Assembly: GCA_964016885.1 (NCBI GenBank)
Contig: OZ024740.1
Coordinates: 6,014,001-6,078,000, forward strand
Reading direction: 5' to 3'
DNA: 64,000 bases
Source of the DNA: Eledone cirrhosa
Taxonomy: Eukaryota
Shown here: positions 1 through 17,100 of the stretch, one piece after another
Position numbering within the stretch: the first letter of the stretch is position 1
How the letters are laid out: each line of letters opens with the position of its first letter
Made by a program: the position numbers and the translations under genes
The notes under the pieces: model-generated
What the model saw: the letters and a program-made list of their open reading frames with translations, nothing else
What the model was told of the DNA's origin: nothing
Database searches by the model: none

Positions 1-3000
1 CACTGTACATACCTCCACTGCACATACCTCCACTGTACATGCCTCCACTGTACATACCTCCACTATACATACCTCCACTGCACATACCACCACTGTACAT
101 ACCTCCACTGCACATACCTCCACTGTACATAACTCCACTGTACATACCACCACTGCACATACCTCCACTGCACATACCTCCACTGCACATATCTCTACTG
201 CACATACCTCCACTGCACATACCACCGCTGCACCTACCTCCACTGTACATTCCCTCACTGCACATACATCCACTATACATACCTCCACTGCACATCATAC
301 ATCCACTGCACATAGCTGCACTGTACATAGCTCCACTGCACATACCTCCACTGTACATACCTCCACTATACATACCTCCACTGCACATACCACCACTGTA
401 CATACCTCCACTGCACATACCTCCACTGTACATAACTCCACTGTACATACCACCACTGCACATACAACCACTGCACATACCTCCACTGCACATACCTCCA
501 CTGTACATACCTCCACTGTACATACCACCGCTGCACCTACCTCCACTGTACATTCCCCCACTGCACATACCTCCACTGCACATACCTCGACTGTACATAC
601 CTCCATTGCATATACCTCCACGCCACATATATCCACTGTACATACCTCCACTGTACATACCTCCACTGCACATACCTCCACTGCACATATCTCCACTGCA
701 CATACCTCCACTGCACATAACTTCACTGCACATATCTCCACTGTACATACCTCCACTGCACATACCTCCACTGCACATACATCCACTGTACATACCCCCA
801 CTGCACATACCTCCACTGCACATATCTCCACTGCACATACCTACACTGTACATATCTCCACTGTACATACCTCCACTTACATACCACTGTACATACCTCC
901 ACTGTACATACCTACACTGCACATACTTCCACAGCACATTCCTCCACTGTACATATCTCCACTGCACATAGACCCACTGTACATACCTCCAATGCAGATA
1001 ACTCCACTGTACATACCTCCACTGCACATACCTCCATTGCACATACCTCCACTGTACATACCTCCACTGTACATACCTCCACTGCACATACACCCACTAT
1101 ACATAACTCCACTGCACATACCTCCACTGCACATACATACCTCCACTGTACTTACCTCCATGCACATACCTCCACTGCACATACCTCCACTGTACATACC
1201 TCCTGTGTACATACCTCCACTGTACAAAACTCCACTGTACATACCTCCACTGCACATACCTCCACTGTACATAACTCTACTGTACATACCTCCATTGCAC
1301 ATACCTCCACGGTATATACCTCCATTGCACATACCTCCACGGTACATACCTCCACTGTACACACCTCCACTGCACATATCTCTACTGGACATACCTCCAC
1401 TGCAGATACCTCCACTGTACATACCTCCACTGTACATGCCTCCACTGCACATACCTCCACTGTGCATACCTCCACTGCACATAGATACCTGCACTGTACA
1501 TACCTCCACTGTACATACCTCCACTGCACATAGCTCCACTGCACATACCTCCACTGTACATACCTCTACTGTACATATCTCCACTGCAGAAACCTCCACT
1601 GTACATGCCTCCACTGTACATACCTCCACTGTACATACCTCCACTGTACATTCCTCCACTGCACATACCTCCACTGTACATACCTCTACTGTACACATCT
1701 CCACTGCACATACCTCCACTGTACATGCCTCCACTGTACATACCTCCACTGTACATACCTCCACTGTACATTCCTCCACTGCACAAACCTCCACTGTACA
1801 TTCCTCCAATGCACATACCTCCACTGTACATACCTTCACTGTACATACCTCCACTGCACATACCTCCACTGCATATTCCTCCACTCTACATACCTCCATT
1901 GTACATACCTCCACTGTACATACCTCCACTGCACATACCACCACTGTACATACCTCCACTGCACATACCTCCACTGCACATACCTCCACTGCACATACAT
2001 CCACTGTACATACCCCCACTGCACATACCTCCACTGCACATATCTCCACTGCACATACCTACACTGTACATATCTCCACTGTACATACCTCCACTTACAT
2101 ACCACTGTACATATCTCCACTGTACATACCTCCACTGCACATACCTCCACTGCACATACCTCCACTGCACATACATCCACTGTACATACCCCCACTGCAC
2201 ATACCTCCACTGCACATATCTCCACTGCACATACCTACACTGTACATATCTCCACTGTACATACCTCCACTTACATACCACTGTACATACCTCCACTGTA
2301 CATACCTATACTGCTCATACTTCCACAGCACATTCCTCCACTGTACATATCTCCACTGCACATAGATCCACTGTACATACCTCCAATGCACATAACTCCA
2401 CTGTACATACCTCCACTGCACATACCTCCATTGCACATACCTCCACTGTACATACCTCCACTGTACATACCTCCACTGCACATACACCCACTATACATAA
2501 CTCCACTGCACATACCTCCACTGCACATACATACCTCCACTGTACTTACCTCCATGCACATACCTCCACTGCACATACCTGCACTGCACATACCTCCACT
2601 GCACATACCTCCACTGCACATACATACCTCCATTGTACATACCTCCACTGCACATACCTCCACTGTACATACCTCCACTGTACATACCTCCACTGTACAA
2701 AACTCTACTGTACATACCTCCATTGCACATACCTCCACGGTACATACCTCCATTGCACATACCTCGACGGTACATACCTCCATTGTACATACCTCCACTG
2801 TACATACCTCCACTGTACATACATCCACTGCACATACCTCCACTGTACATAACTCTACTGTACATACCTCCATTGCACATACCTCCAAGGTACATACCTC
2901 CATTGCAAAACAGCTCAACTGTACATACCTCCACTGTACATACATACCTTCACTGTACATACCTCCACTGTACATACCTCCACTGTACACACCTCCACTG

Positions 3001-5100
3001 CACATACCTCTACTGTACATACCTCCACTGCAGATACCTCCACTGTACATACCTCCACTGCACATAGATACCTGCACTGTACATACCTCCACTGTACATA
3101 CCTCCACTGCACATAGCTCCACTGCACATACCTCCACTGTACATACCTCTACTGTACATATCTCCACTGCACATACCTCCACTGTACATGCCTCCACTGT
3201 ACATACCTCCACTGTACATACCTCCACTGTACATTCCTCCACTGTACATACCTCCACTGTACATACCTCCACTGTACATTCCTCCACTGCACATACCTCC
3301 ACTGTACATACCTCTACTGTACACATCTCCACTGCACATACCTCCACTGTACATGCCTCCACTGTACATAACTCCACTGTACATACCTCCACTGTACATT
3401 CCTCCACTGCACAAACCTCCACTGTACATTCCTCCACTGCACATACCTCCACTGTACATAACTTCACTGTACATACCTCCACTGTACATATCTCCACTGC
3501 ACATACCTCCACTGCATATTCCTCCACTCTACATACCTCCATTGTACATACCTCCACTGTACATACCTCCACTGCACATACCACCACTGTACATACCTCC
3601 ACTGCACATACCTCCACTGTACATACCTCCACTGTACATACCTCCACTGCACATAACTCCACTGCACATACGTCCACTGCACATATCTCTACTGCACATA
3701 CCTCCACTGCACATACATCCACTGCACATACATCCACTATACATACCTCCACTGCACATCATACATCCACTGCACATACCTGCACTGTACATACCTCCAC
3801 TGCACATACATCCACTGCACATACCTCCACTGCACATACCTCCACTTTACATACCTACACTGTACATACCTCCACTGCACCTGCCTAGACTGTACATTCC
3901 TCCACTACACATATCTCCACTGCACATACCTCCACTGTACATACATCTATTGCATATACCTCCACTGCACATATATCCACTGTACATACTTCCACTGCAC
4001 ATACCTCCACTGCACAAACATACCGCCACTGTACATACCTCCACTGTATATACCTCCACTGCACAAACATACCGCCACTACACATACCTCCACTGTACAT
4101 ACCTCCACGGTACATACCTCCACTGCACATACCTCCACTGTACATACATCCACTGTACATACCTCCACTGCACATACCTCCACTGTACATACCTCCACTG
4201 CACATCCATACCTCCACTGCACATACCTCCACTGCACATACCTCCACTGCACACCTCCACTGTACATACCTCCACTGCACATACATCCACTGTACATACC
4301 TCCACTGCACATACCTCCACTGCACATATCTCCACTGTACATACCTTCACTGCACATACCTCCCCTGCACATACCTCCACTGTACATGCCTCCACTGCAC
4401 ATACCTCCACAGCACATACCTCCACTGCACATACCTCCACTGCACATACCTCCACTGCACATACCTCCCCTGCACATACCTCCACTGTACATACCTCCAC
4501 TGCATATATCTCCACTGTAAATACCTCCACGACACATATATCCACTGTACATACCTCCACTGCACATACGTCCACTGCACATACCTCCACTGCACATATC
4601 TACACTGTACATGCCTACACTGTACATACCTCCACTGTACATACCACCACTGCACATACCACCACTGTACATGCCTCCACTGTACATACCTCCAATGTAC
4701 ATACCTCCACTGCACATATCTCCACTGTACATACCTCCACTGTACATACCACCACTGTACATACCTCCACTGTACATACCTCCACTGCACATACTTCCAC
4801 TGCACATACCTCCACTGTACATATCTCCACTGCACATACCTCCACTGCACATACCTCCACTGCACATACCTAGACTGTACATACCTCCACTGTACATACA
4901 TCCACTGCACATACCTCGATTGCACATACATCCACTGTACATACCTCCAATGCACATACCTCCACTCTACATACCCCCACTGCACATACCTCCATTGCAC
5001 ATACCTCCACTGTACATATCGCCACTGTACATGCCTCCACTGTACATACACCCACTATACATACCTCCACTGCACATACCTCCACTGCACATACCTACCT
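1..5100. repeat. Degenerate lead-in segment containing two diverged ~1.4-1.6 kb copies and a 176-bp local duplication (boundaries approximate)
   Basis: The 11-bp variant monomer marker ccacttacataccactg occurs at 873, 2091 and 2267. Related ORF translations are offset by 1394 (992/2386) and 1583 (1605/3188). It shares domain A markers (cacatcatacatcc at 291 and 3755; gcaaaacagctcaac at 2905) but at irregular spacing. Confidence 0.7.
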
Positions 5101-8100
5101 CCACTGTACATACCTCCACTGCACATACCTCAACTGCACATACCTCCACTGCACATACATACCTCCATTGTCCATACCTCCACTGCACGTACCTCCACTG
5201 TACATACCTCCACTGTACATACCACCACTGTACATACCTCCACTGTACATACCTCCACTGCACATACTTCCACTGCACATACCTCCACTGCACATACCTC
5301 CACTGCACATACCTACACTGTACATACCTCCACTGTACATACACCCACTGCACATACCTCGATTGCACATACATCCACTGTACATACCTCCAATGCACAT
5401 ACCTCCACTGTACATACCCCCACTGCACATACCTCCATTGCACATACCTCCACTGTACATATCTCCACTGTACATGCCTCCACTGTACATACACCCACTA
5501 TACATACCTCCACTGCACATACCTCCACTGCACATACATACCTCCACTGTACAGACCTCCACTGCACATACCTCAACTGCACATACCTCCACTGCACATA
5601 CATACCTCCATTGTCCATACCTCCACTGCACGTACCTCCACTGTACATACCTCCACTGTACATACCTCCAATGTACATACCTCCACTGTACATACCTCCA
5701 CTGCACATACCTCCACTGTACATAACTCTACTGTACATACCTCCATTGCACATACCTCCACTGTACACACCTCCACTGCACATACATACCTCCACTGTAC
5801 ATACCTCCACTGTACATACCTCCACTGCACAAACATACACTTACACAGCTCCAATGCACATACCTCCACTGTACATACCTCCACTGTACACACCTCCACT
5901 GCACATACCTCCACTGTACATACCTCCACTGCACATACCTCCACGGTATATACCTCCACTGCACATACATACCACCACTGCACATACCTCCACTGTACAT
6001 AACTCCACAGGGCATACCTCGACTGAACATACCTCCACTGCACATACCTCCACTGCACATACCTCAACTGTACATACCTCCAATGTACACACCTCCACTG
6101 CACATACCTCCACTGTACATACATCCACTGCACATAGATACCTGCTCTGTACATACCTTCACCGTACATACCTCCACTGCACATACCTCCAATGCACATA
6201 TATCCACTGCACATACCTCCACTGTAAATACCTCCACTGTACATACCTCCACTGCACATACCTCCACTGTACAGGCCTCCACTGCACATACCTCCACTGT
6301 ACATACGTCCACTGTACATACCTCCACTGTACATACCTCCACTGCACATACCACCACTGTACATACCTCCACTGCACATACCTCCACTGTACATACCTCC
6401 ACTGTACATACCTCCACTGCACATACCTCCACTGCACATACCACCACTGCACATATCTCTACTGCACATACCTCCACTGCACATACATCCACTGCACATA
6501 GATACCTGCTCTGTACATACCTCCACTGTACATACCTCCACCGCACATACCTCCAATGCACATATATCCACTGCACATACCTCCAATGTAAATACCTCCA
6601 CTGTACATACCTCCACTGCACATACCTCCACTATACATGCCTCCACTGCACATACCTCCACTATACATACCTCCACTGCACATACCACCACTGTACATAC
6701 CTCCACTGCACATACCTCCACTGTACATACCTCCACTGTACATACCTCCACTGCACATACCTCCACTGCACATACCTCCACTGCACATATCTCTACTGCA
6801 CATACCTCCACTGCACATACATCCACTGCACATACATCCACTATACATACCTCCACTGCACATCATACATCCACTGCACATAGCTGCACTGTACATACGT
6901 CCACTGCACTTACGTCCACTGCACATACAACCACTGCACATACCTCCACTGCACATACCTCCACTGTACATACCTCCACTGTACATACCACCGCTGCACC
7001 TACCTCCACTGTACATTCCTCCACTGCACATACCTCCACTGCACATACCTCGACTGTACATACCTCCATTGCATATACCTCCACGCCACATATATCCACT
7101 GTACATACCTCCACTGCACATACCTCCACTGCACATATCTCCACTGCACATACCTCCACTGCACATACCTCCACTGCACATATCTCCACTGTACATACCT
7201 CCACTGCACATACCTCCACTGCACATACATCCACTGTACATACCCCCACTGCACATACCTCCACTGCACATATCTCCACTGCACATACCTACACTGTACA
7301 TATCTCCACTGTACATACATCCACTTACATACCACTGCACATACCTCCACTGTACATACCTCCACTGCACATACTTCCACAGCACATACCTCCACTGTAC
7401 ATATCTCCACTGCACATAGATCCACTGTACATACCTCCAATGCACATAACTCCACTGTACACACCTCCACTGCACATACCTCCATTGCACATACCTCCAC
7501 TGTACATACCTCCACTGTACATACCTCCACTGCACATACACCCACTATACATAACTCCACTGCACATACCTCCACTGCACATACATACCTCCACCGTACT
7601 TACATCCATGCACATACCACCACTGCACATACCTCCACTGCACATACCTCCACTGCACATACCTCCACTGCACATACATACCTCCATTGTACATACCTCC
7701 ACTGCACATACCTCCACTGTACATACCTCCACTGTACATACCTCCACTGTACAAAACTCCACTGTACATACCTCCACTGCACATACCTCCACTGTACATA
7801 ACTCTAATGTACATACCTCCATTGCACATACCTCCACGGTACATACCTCCATTGTACATACCTCCACGGTACATACCTCCATTGTACATACCTCCACTGT
7901 ACATACCTCCACTGTACATGCCTCCACTGCACATACCTCCACTGTACATAACTCTACTGTACATACCTCCATTGCACATACCTCCAAGGTACATACCTCC
8001 ATTGCAAAACAGCTCAACTGTACATACCTCCACTGTACATACATACCTTCACTGTACATACCTCCACTGTACATACCTCCACTGTACACACCTCCACTGC

Positions 8101-11100
8101 ACATACATCCACTGCACATACCTCCACTGCACATACCTCCACTTTACATACCTCCACTGTACATACCTCCACTGCACCTACCTAGACTGTACATTCCTCC
8201 ACTACACATATCTCCACTGCACATACCTCCACTGTACATACCTCTATTGCATATACCTCCAGTGCACATATATCCACTGTACATACCCCCACTGCACATA
8301 CCTCCATTGCACATACCTCCACTGTACATATCTCCACTGTACATGCCTCCACTGTACATACACCCACTATACATACCTCCACTGCACATACCTCCACTGC
8401 ACATACATACCTCCACTGTACAGACCTCCACTGCACATACCTCAACTGCACATACCTCCACTGCACATACATACCTCCATTGTCCATACCTCCACTGCAC
8501 GTACCTCCACTGTACATACCTCCACTGTACATACCTCCAATGTACATACCTCCACTGTACATACCTCCACTGCACATACCTCCACTGTACATAACTCTAC
8601 TGTACATACCTCCATTGCACATACCTCCACTGTACACACCTCCACTGCACATACATACCTCCACTGTACATACCTCCACTGTACATACCTCCACTGCACA
8701 AACATACACTTACACAGCTCCAATGCACATACCTCCACTGTACATACCTCCACTGTACACACCTCCACTGCACATACCTCCACTGTACATACCTCCACTG
8801 CACATACCTCCACGGTATATACCTCCACTGCACATACATACCACCACTGCACATACCTCCACTGTACATAACTCCACAGGGCATACCTCGACTGAACATA
8901 CCTCCACTGCACATACCTCCACTGCACATACCTCAACTGTACATACCTCCAATGTACACACCTCCACTGCACATACCTCCACTGTACATACATCCACTGC
9001 ACATAGATACCTGCTCTGTACATACCTTCACCGTACATACCTCCACTGCACATACCTCCAATGCACATATATCCACTGCACATACCTCCACTGTAAATAC
9101 CTCCACTGTACATACCTCCACTGCACATACCTCCACTGTACAGGCCTCCACTGCACATACCTCCACTGTACATACGTCCACTGTACATACCTCCACTGTA
9201 CATACCTCCACTGCACATACCACCACTGTACATACCTCCACTGCACATACCTCCACTGTACATACCTCCACTGTACATACCTCCACTGCACATACCTCCA
9301 CTGCACATACCACCACTGCACATATCTCTACTGCACATACCTCCACTGCACATACATCCACTGCACATAGATACCTGCTCTGTACATACCTCCACTGTAC
9401 ATACCTCCACCGCACATACCTCCAATGCACATATATCCACTGCACATACCTCCAATGTAAATACCTCCACTGTACATACCTCCACTGCACATACCTCCAC
9501 TATACATGCCTCCACTGCACATACCTCCACTATACATACCTCCACTGCACATACCACCACTGTACATACCTCCACTGCACATACCTCCACTGTACATACC
9601 TCCACTGTACATACCTCCACTGCACATACCTCCACTGCACATACCTCCACTGCACATATCTCTACTGCACATACCTCCACTGCACATACATCCACTGCAC
9701 ATACATCCACTATACATACCTCCACTGCACATCATACATCCACTGCACATAGCTGCACTGTACATACGTCCACTGCACTTACGTCCACTGCACATACAAC
9801 CACTGCACATACCTCCACTGCACATACCTCCACTGTACATACCTCCACTGTACATACCACCGCTGCACCTACCTCCACTGTACATTCCTCCACTGCACAT
9901 ACCTCCACTGCACATACCTCGACTGTACATACCTCCATTGCATATACCTCCACGCCACATATATCCACTGTACATACCTCCACTGCACATACCTCCACTG
10001 CACATATCTCCACTGCACATACCTCCACTGCACATACCTCCACTGCACATATCTCCACTGTACATACCTCCACTGCACATACCTCCACTGCACATACATC
10101 CACTGTACATACCCCCACTGCACATACCTCCACTGCACATATCTCCACTGCACATACCTACACTGTACATATCTCCACTGTACATACATCCACTTACATA
10201 CCACTGCACATACCTCCACTGTACATACCTCCACTGCACATACTTCCACAGCACATACCTCCACTGTACATATCTCCACTGCACATAGATCCACTGTACA
10301 TACCTCCAATGCACATAACTCCACTGTACACACCTCCACTGCACATACCTCCATTGCACATACCTCCACTGTACATACCTCCACTGTACATACCTCCACT
10401 GCACATACACCCACTATACATAACTCCACTGCACATACCTCCACTGCACATACATACCTCCACCGTACTTACATCCATGCACATACCACCACTGCACATA
10501 CCTCCACTGCACATACCTCCACTGCACATACCTCCACTGCACATACATACCTCCATTGTACATACCTCCACTGCACATACCTCCACTGTACATACCTCCA
10601 CTGTACATACCTCCACTGTACAAAACTCCACTGTACATACCTCCACTGCACATACCTCCACTGTACATAACTCTAATGTACATACCTCCATTGCACATAC
10701 CTCCACGGTACATACCTCCATTGTACATACCTCCACGGTACATACCTCCATTGTACATACCTCCACTGTACATACCTCCACTGTACATGCCTCCACTGCA
10801 CATACCTCCACTGTACATAACTCTACTGTACATACCTCCATTGCACATACCTCCAAGGTACATACCTCCATTGCAAAACAGCTCAACTGTACATACCTCC
10901 ACTGTACATACATACCTTCACTGTACATACCTCCACTGTACATACCTCCACTGTACACACCTCCACTGCACATACATCCACTGCACATACCTCCACTGCA
11001 CATACCTCCACTTTACATACCTCCACTGTACATACCTCCACTGCACCTACCTAGACTGTACATTCCTCCACTACACATATCTCCACTGCACATACCTCCA

Positions 11101-14100
11101 CTGTACATACCTCTATTGCATATACCTCCAGTGCACATATATCCACTGTACATACCTCCACTGCACATACCTCCACTGCACAAACATACCGACACTGTAC
11201 ATACCTCCACTGTATATACCTCCACTGCACAAACATACCGCCACTACACATACCTCCACTGAACATACCTCTACTGTACATACCTCCACTTTACATACCT
11301 CCACTGTACATACCTCCACTGCACCTGCCTAGACTGTACATTCCTCCACTACACATATCTCCACTGCACATACCTCCACTGTACATACCTCTATTGCATA
11401 TACCTCCAGTGCACATATATCCACTGTACATACCTCCACTGCACATACCTCCACTGCACAAACATACCGACACTGTACATACCTCCACTGCACATACCTC
11501 CACTGCACATACATACCTCCACTGTACATACCTCCACTGCACGTACCTCCACTGTACATACCTCCACTGTACATACCTCCAATGTACATACCTCCACTGT
11601 ACATACCTCCACTGCACATACCTCCACTGTACATAACTCTACTGTACATACCTCCATTGCACATACCTCCACTGTACACACCTCCACTGCACATACATAC
11701 CTCCACTGTACATACCTCCACTGTACATACCTCCACTGCACATACATACACTTACACAGCTCCAATGCACATACCTCCACTGTACATACCTCCACTGTAC
11801 ATACCTCCACTGCACATACCTCCACTGTACATACCTCCACTGCACATACCTCCACGGTATATACCTCCACTGCACATACATACCACCACTGCACATACCT
11901 CCACTGTACATAACTCCACAGGTCATACCTCGACTGAACATACCTCCACTGCACATACCTCCACTGCACTTACCTCCAGTGTACATACCTCCACTGCACA
12001 CACCTCCACTGCACATACATACCTCCACTGTACATACCTCCACTGTACATACCTCCACTGCACAAACATACACTTACACAGCTCCAATGCACATACCTCC
12101 ACTGTACATACCTCCACTGTACACACCTCCACTGCACATACCTCCACTGTACATACCTCCACTGCACATACCTCCACGGTATATACCTCCACTGCACATA
12201 CATACCACCACTGCACATACCTCCACTGTACATAACTCCACAGGTCATACCTCGACTGAACATACCTCCACTGCACATACCTCCACTGCACATACCTCAA
12301 CTGTACATACCTCCAATGTACACACCTCCACTGCACATACCTCCACTGTACATACATCCACTGCACATAGATACCTGCTCTGTACATACCTTCACCGTAC
12401 ATACCTCCACTGCACATACCTCCAATGCACATATATCCACTGCACATACCTCCACTGTAAATACCTCCACTGTACATACCTCCACTGCACATACCTCCAC
12501 TGTACAGGCCTCCACTGCACATACCTCCACTGTACATACGTCCACTGTACACACCTCCACTGTACATACCTCCACTGCACATACCACCACTGTACATACC
12601 TCCACTGCACATACCTCCACTGTACATACCTCCACTGTACATACCTCCACTGCACATACCTCCACTGCACATACCACCACTGCACATATCTCTACTGCAC
12701 ATACCTCCACTGCACATACATCCACTGCACATAGATACCTGCTCTGTACATACCTCCACTGTACATACCTCCACCGCACATACCTCCAATGCACATATAT
12801 CCACTGCACATACCTCCAATGTAAATACCTCCACTGTACATACCTCCACTGCACATACCTCCACTATACATGCCTCCACTGCACATACCTCCACTATACA
12901 TACCTCCACTGCACATACCACCACTGTACATACCTCCACTGCACATACCTCCACTGTACATACCTCCACTGTACATACCTCCACTGCACATACCTCCACT
13001 GCACATACCTCCACTGCACATATCTCTACTGCACATACCTCCACTGCACATACATCCACTGCACATACATCCACTATACATACCTCCACTGCACATCATA
13101 CATCCACTGCACATAGCTGCACTGTATATACGTCCACTTCCCTTACGTCCACTGCACATACAACCACTGCACATACCTCCACTGCACATACCTCCACTGT
13201 ACATACCTCCACTGTACATACCACCGCTGCACCTACCTCCACTGTACATTCCTCCACTGCACATACCTCCACTGCACATACCTCGACTGTACATACCTCC
13301 ATTGCATATACCTCCACGCCACATATATCCACTGTACATACCTCCACTGCACATACCTCCACTGCACATATCTCCACTGCACATACCTCCACTGCACATA
13401 CCTCCACTGCACATATCTCCACTGTACATACCTCCACTGCACATACCTCCACTGCACATACATCCACTGTACATACCCCCACTGCACATACCTCCACTGC
13501 ACATATCTCCACTGCACATACCTACACTGTACATATCTCCACTGTACATACATCCACTTACATACCACTGCACATACCTCCACTGTACATACCTCCACTG
13601 CACATACTTCCACAGCACATACCTCCACTGTACATATCTCCACTGCACATAGATCCACTGTACATACCTCCAATGCACATAACTCCACTGTACACACCTC
13701 CACTGCACATACCTCCATTGCACATACCTCCACTGTACATACCTCCACTGTACATACCTCCACTGCACATACACCCACTATACATAACTCCACTGCACAT
13801 ACCTCCACTGCACATACATACCTCCACCGTACTTACATCCATGCACATACCACCACTGCACATACCTCCACTGCACATACCTCCACTGCACATACCTCCA
13901 CTGCACATACATACCTCCATTGTACATACCTCCACTGCACATACCTCCACTGTACATACCTCCACTGTACATACCTCCACTGTACAAAACTCCACTGTAC
14001 ATACCTCCACTGCACATACCTCCACTGTACATAACTCTACTGTACATACCTCCATTGCACATACCTCCACGGTACATACCTCCATTGTACATACCTCCAC

Positions 14101-17100
14101 GGTACATACCTCCATTGTACATACCTCCACTGTACATACCTCCACTGTACATGCCTCCACTGCACATACCTCCACTGTACATAACTCTACTGTACATACC
14201 TCCATTGCACATACCTCCAAGGTACATACCTCCATTGCAAAACAGCTCAACTGTACATACCTCCACTGTACATACATACCTTCACTGTACATACCTCCAC
14301 TGTACATACCTCCACTGTACACACCTCCACTGCACATACATCCACTGCACATACCTCCACTGCACATACCTCCACTTTACATACCTCCACTGTACATACC
14401 TCCACTGCACCTGCCTAGACTGTACATTCCTCCACTACACATATATCCACTGCACATACCTCCACTGTACATACCTCTATTGCATATACCTCCAGTGCAC
14501 ATATATCCACTGTACATACCTCCACTGCACATACCTCCACTGCACAAACATACCGACACTGTACATACCTCCACTGTATATACCTCCACTGCACAAACAT
14601 ACCGCCACTACACATACCTCCACTGAACATACCTCTACTGTACATACCTCCACTTTACATACCTCCACTGTACATACCTCCACTGTACATACCTCCAATG
14701 TACATACCTCCACTGTACATACCTCCACTGCACATACCTCCACTGTACATAACTCTACTGTACATACCTCCATTGCACATACCTCCACTGTACACACCTC
14801 CACTGCACATACATACCTCCACTGTACATACCTCCACTGTACATACCTCCACTGCACAAACATACACTTACACAGCTCCAATGCACATACCTCCACTGTA
14901 CATACCTCCACTGTACACACCTCCACTGCACATACCTCCACTGTACATACCTCCACTGCACATACCTCCACGGTATATACCTCCACTGCACATACATACC
15001 ACCACTGCACATACCTCCACTGTACATAACTCCACAGGGCATACCTCGACTGAACATACCTCCACTGCACATACCTCCACTGCACATACCTCAACTGTAC
15101 ATACCTCCAATGTACACACCTCCACTGCACATACCTCCACTATACATACATCCACTGCACATAGATACCTGCTCTGTACATACCTTCACCGTACATACCT
15201 CCACTGCACATACCTCCAATGCACATATATCCACTGCACATACCTCCACTGTAAATACCTCCACTGTACATACCTCCACTGCACATACCTCGACTGTACA
15301 GGCCTCCACTGCACATACCTCCACTGTACATACGTCCACTGTACATACCTCCACTGTACATACCTCCACTGCACATACCACCACTGTACATACCTCCACT
15401 GCACATACCTCCACTGTACATACCTCCACTGTACATACCTCCACTGCACATACCTCCACTGCACATACCACCACTGCACATATCTCTACTGCACATACCT
15501 CCACTGCACATACATCCACTGCACATAGATACCTGCTCTGTACATACCTCCACTGTACATACCTCCACCGCACATACCTCCAATGCACATATATCCACTG
15601 CACATACCTCCAATGTAAATACCTCCACTGTACATACCTCCACTGCACATACCTCCACTATACATGCCTCCACTGCACATACCTCCACTATACATACCTC
15701 CACTGCACATACCACCACTGTACATGCCTCCACTGCACATACCTCCACTGTACATACCTCCACTGTACATACCTCCACTGCACATACCTCCACTGCACAT
15801 ACCTCCACTGCACATACCTCCACTGCACATATCTCTACTGCACATACCTCCACTGCACATACATCCACTGCACATACATCCACTATACATACCTCCACTG
15901 CACATCATACATCCACTGCACATAGCTGCACTGTACATACGTCCACTGCACTTACGTCCACTGCACATACAACCACTGCACATACCTCCACTGCACATAC
16001 CTCCACTGTACATACCTCCACTGTACATACCACCGCTGCACCTACCTCCACTGTACATTCCTCCACTGCACATACCTCCACTGCACATACCTCGACTGTA
16101 CATACCTCCATTGCATATACCTCCACGCCACATATATCCACTGTACATACCTCCACTGCACATACCTCCACTGCACATATCTCCACTGCACATACCTCCA
16201 CTGCACATACCTCCACTGCACATATCTCCACTGTACATACCTCCACTGCACATACCTCCACTGCACATACATCCACTGTACATACCCCCACTGCACATAC
16301 CTCCACTGCACATATCTCCACTGCACATACCTACACTGTACATATCTCCACTGTACATACATCCACTTACATACCACTGCACATACCTCCACTGTACATA
16401 CCTCCACTGCACATACTTCCACAGCACATACCTCCACTGTACATATCTCCACTGCACATAGATCCACTGTACATACCTCCAATGCACATAACTCCACTGT
16501 ACACACCTCCACTGCACATACCTCCATTGCACATACCTCCACTGTACATACCTCCACTGTACATACCTCCACTGCACATACACCCACTATACATAACTCC
16601 ACTGCACATACCTCCACTGCACATACATACCTCCACCGTACTTACATCCATGCACATACCACCACTGCACATACCTCCACTGCACATACCTCCACTGCAC
16701 ATACCTCCACTGCACATACATACCTCCATTGTACATACCTCCACTGCACATACCTCCACTGTACATACCTCCACTGTACATACCTCCACTGTACAAAACT
16801 CCACTGTACATACCTCCACTGCACATACCTCCACTGTACATAACTCTAATGTACATACCTCCATTGCACATACCTCCACGGTACATACCTCCATTGTACA
16901 TACCTCCACGGTACATACCTCCATTGTACATACCTCCACTGTACATACCTCCACTGTACATGCCTCCACTGCACATACCTCCACTGTACATAACTCTACT
17001 GTACATACCTCCATTGCACATACCTCCAAGGTACATACCTCCATTGCAAAACAGCTCAACTGTACATACCTCCACTGTACATACATACCTTCACTGTACA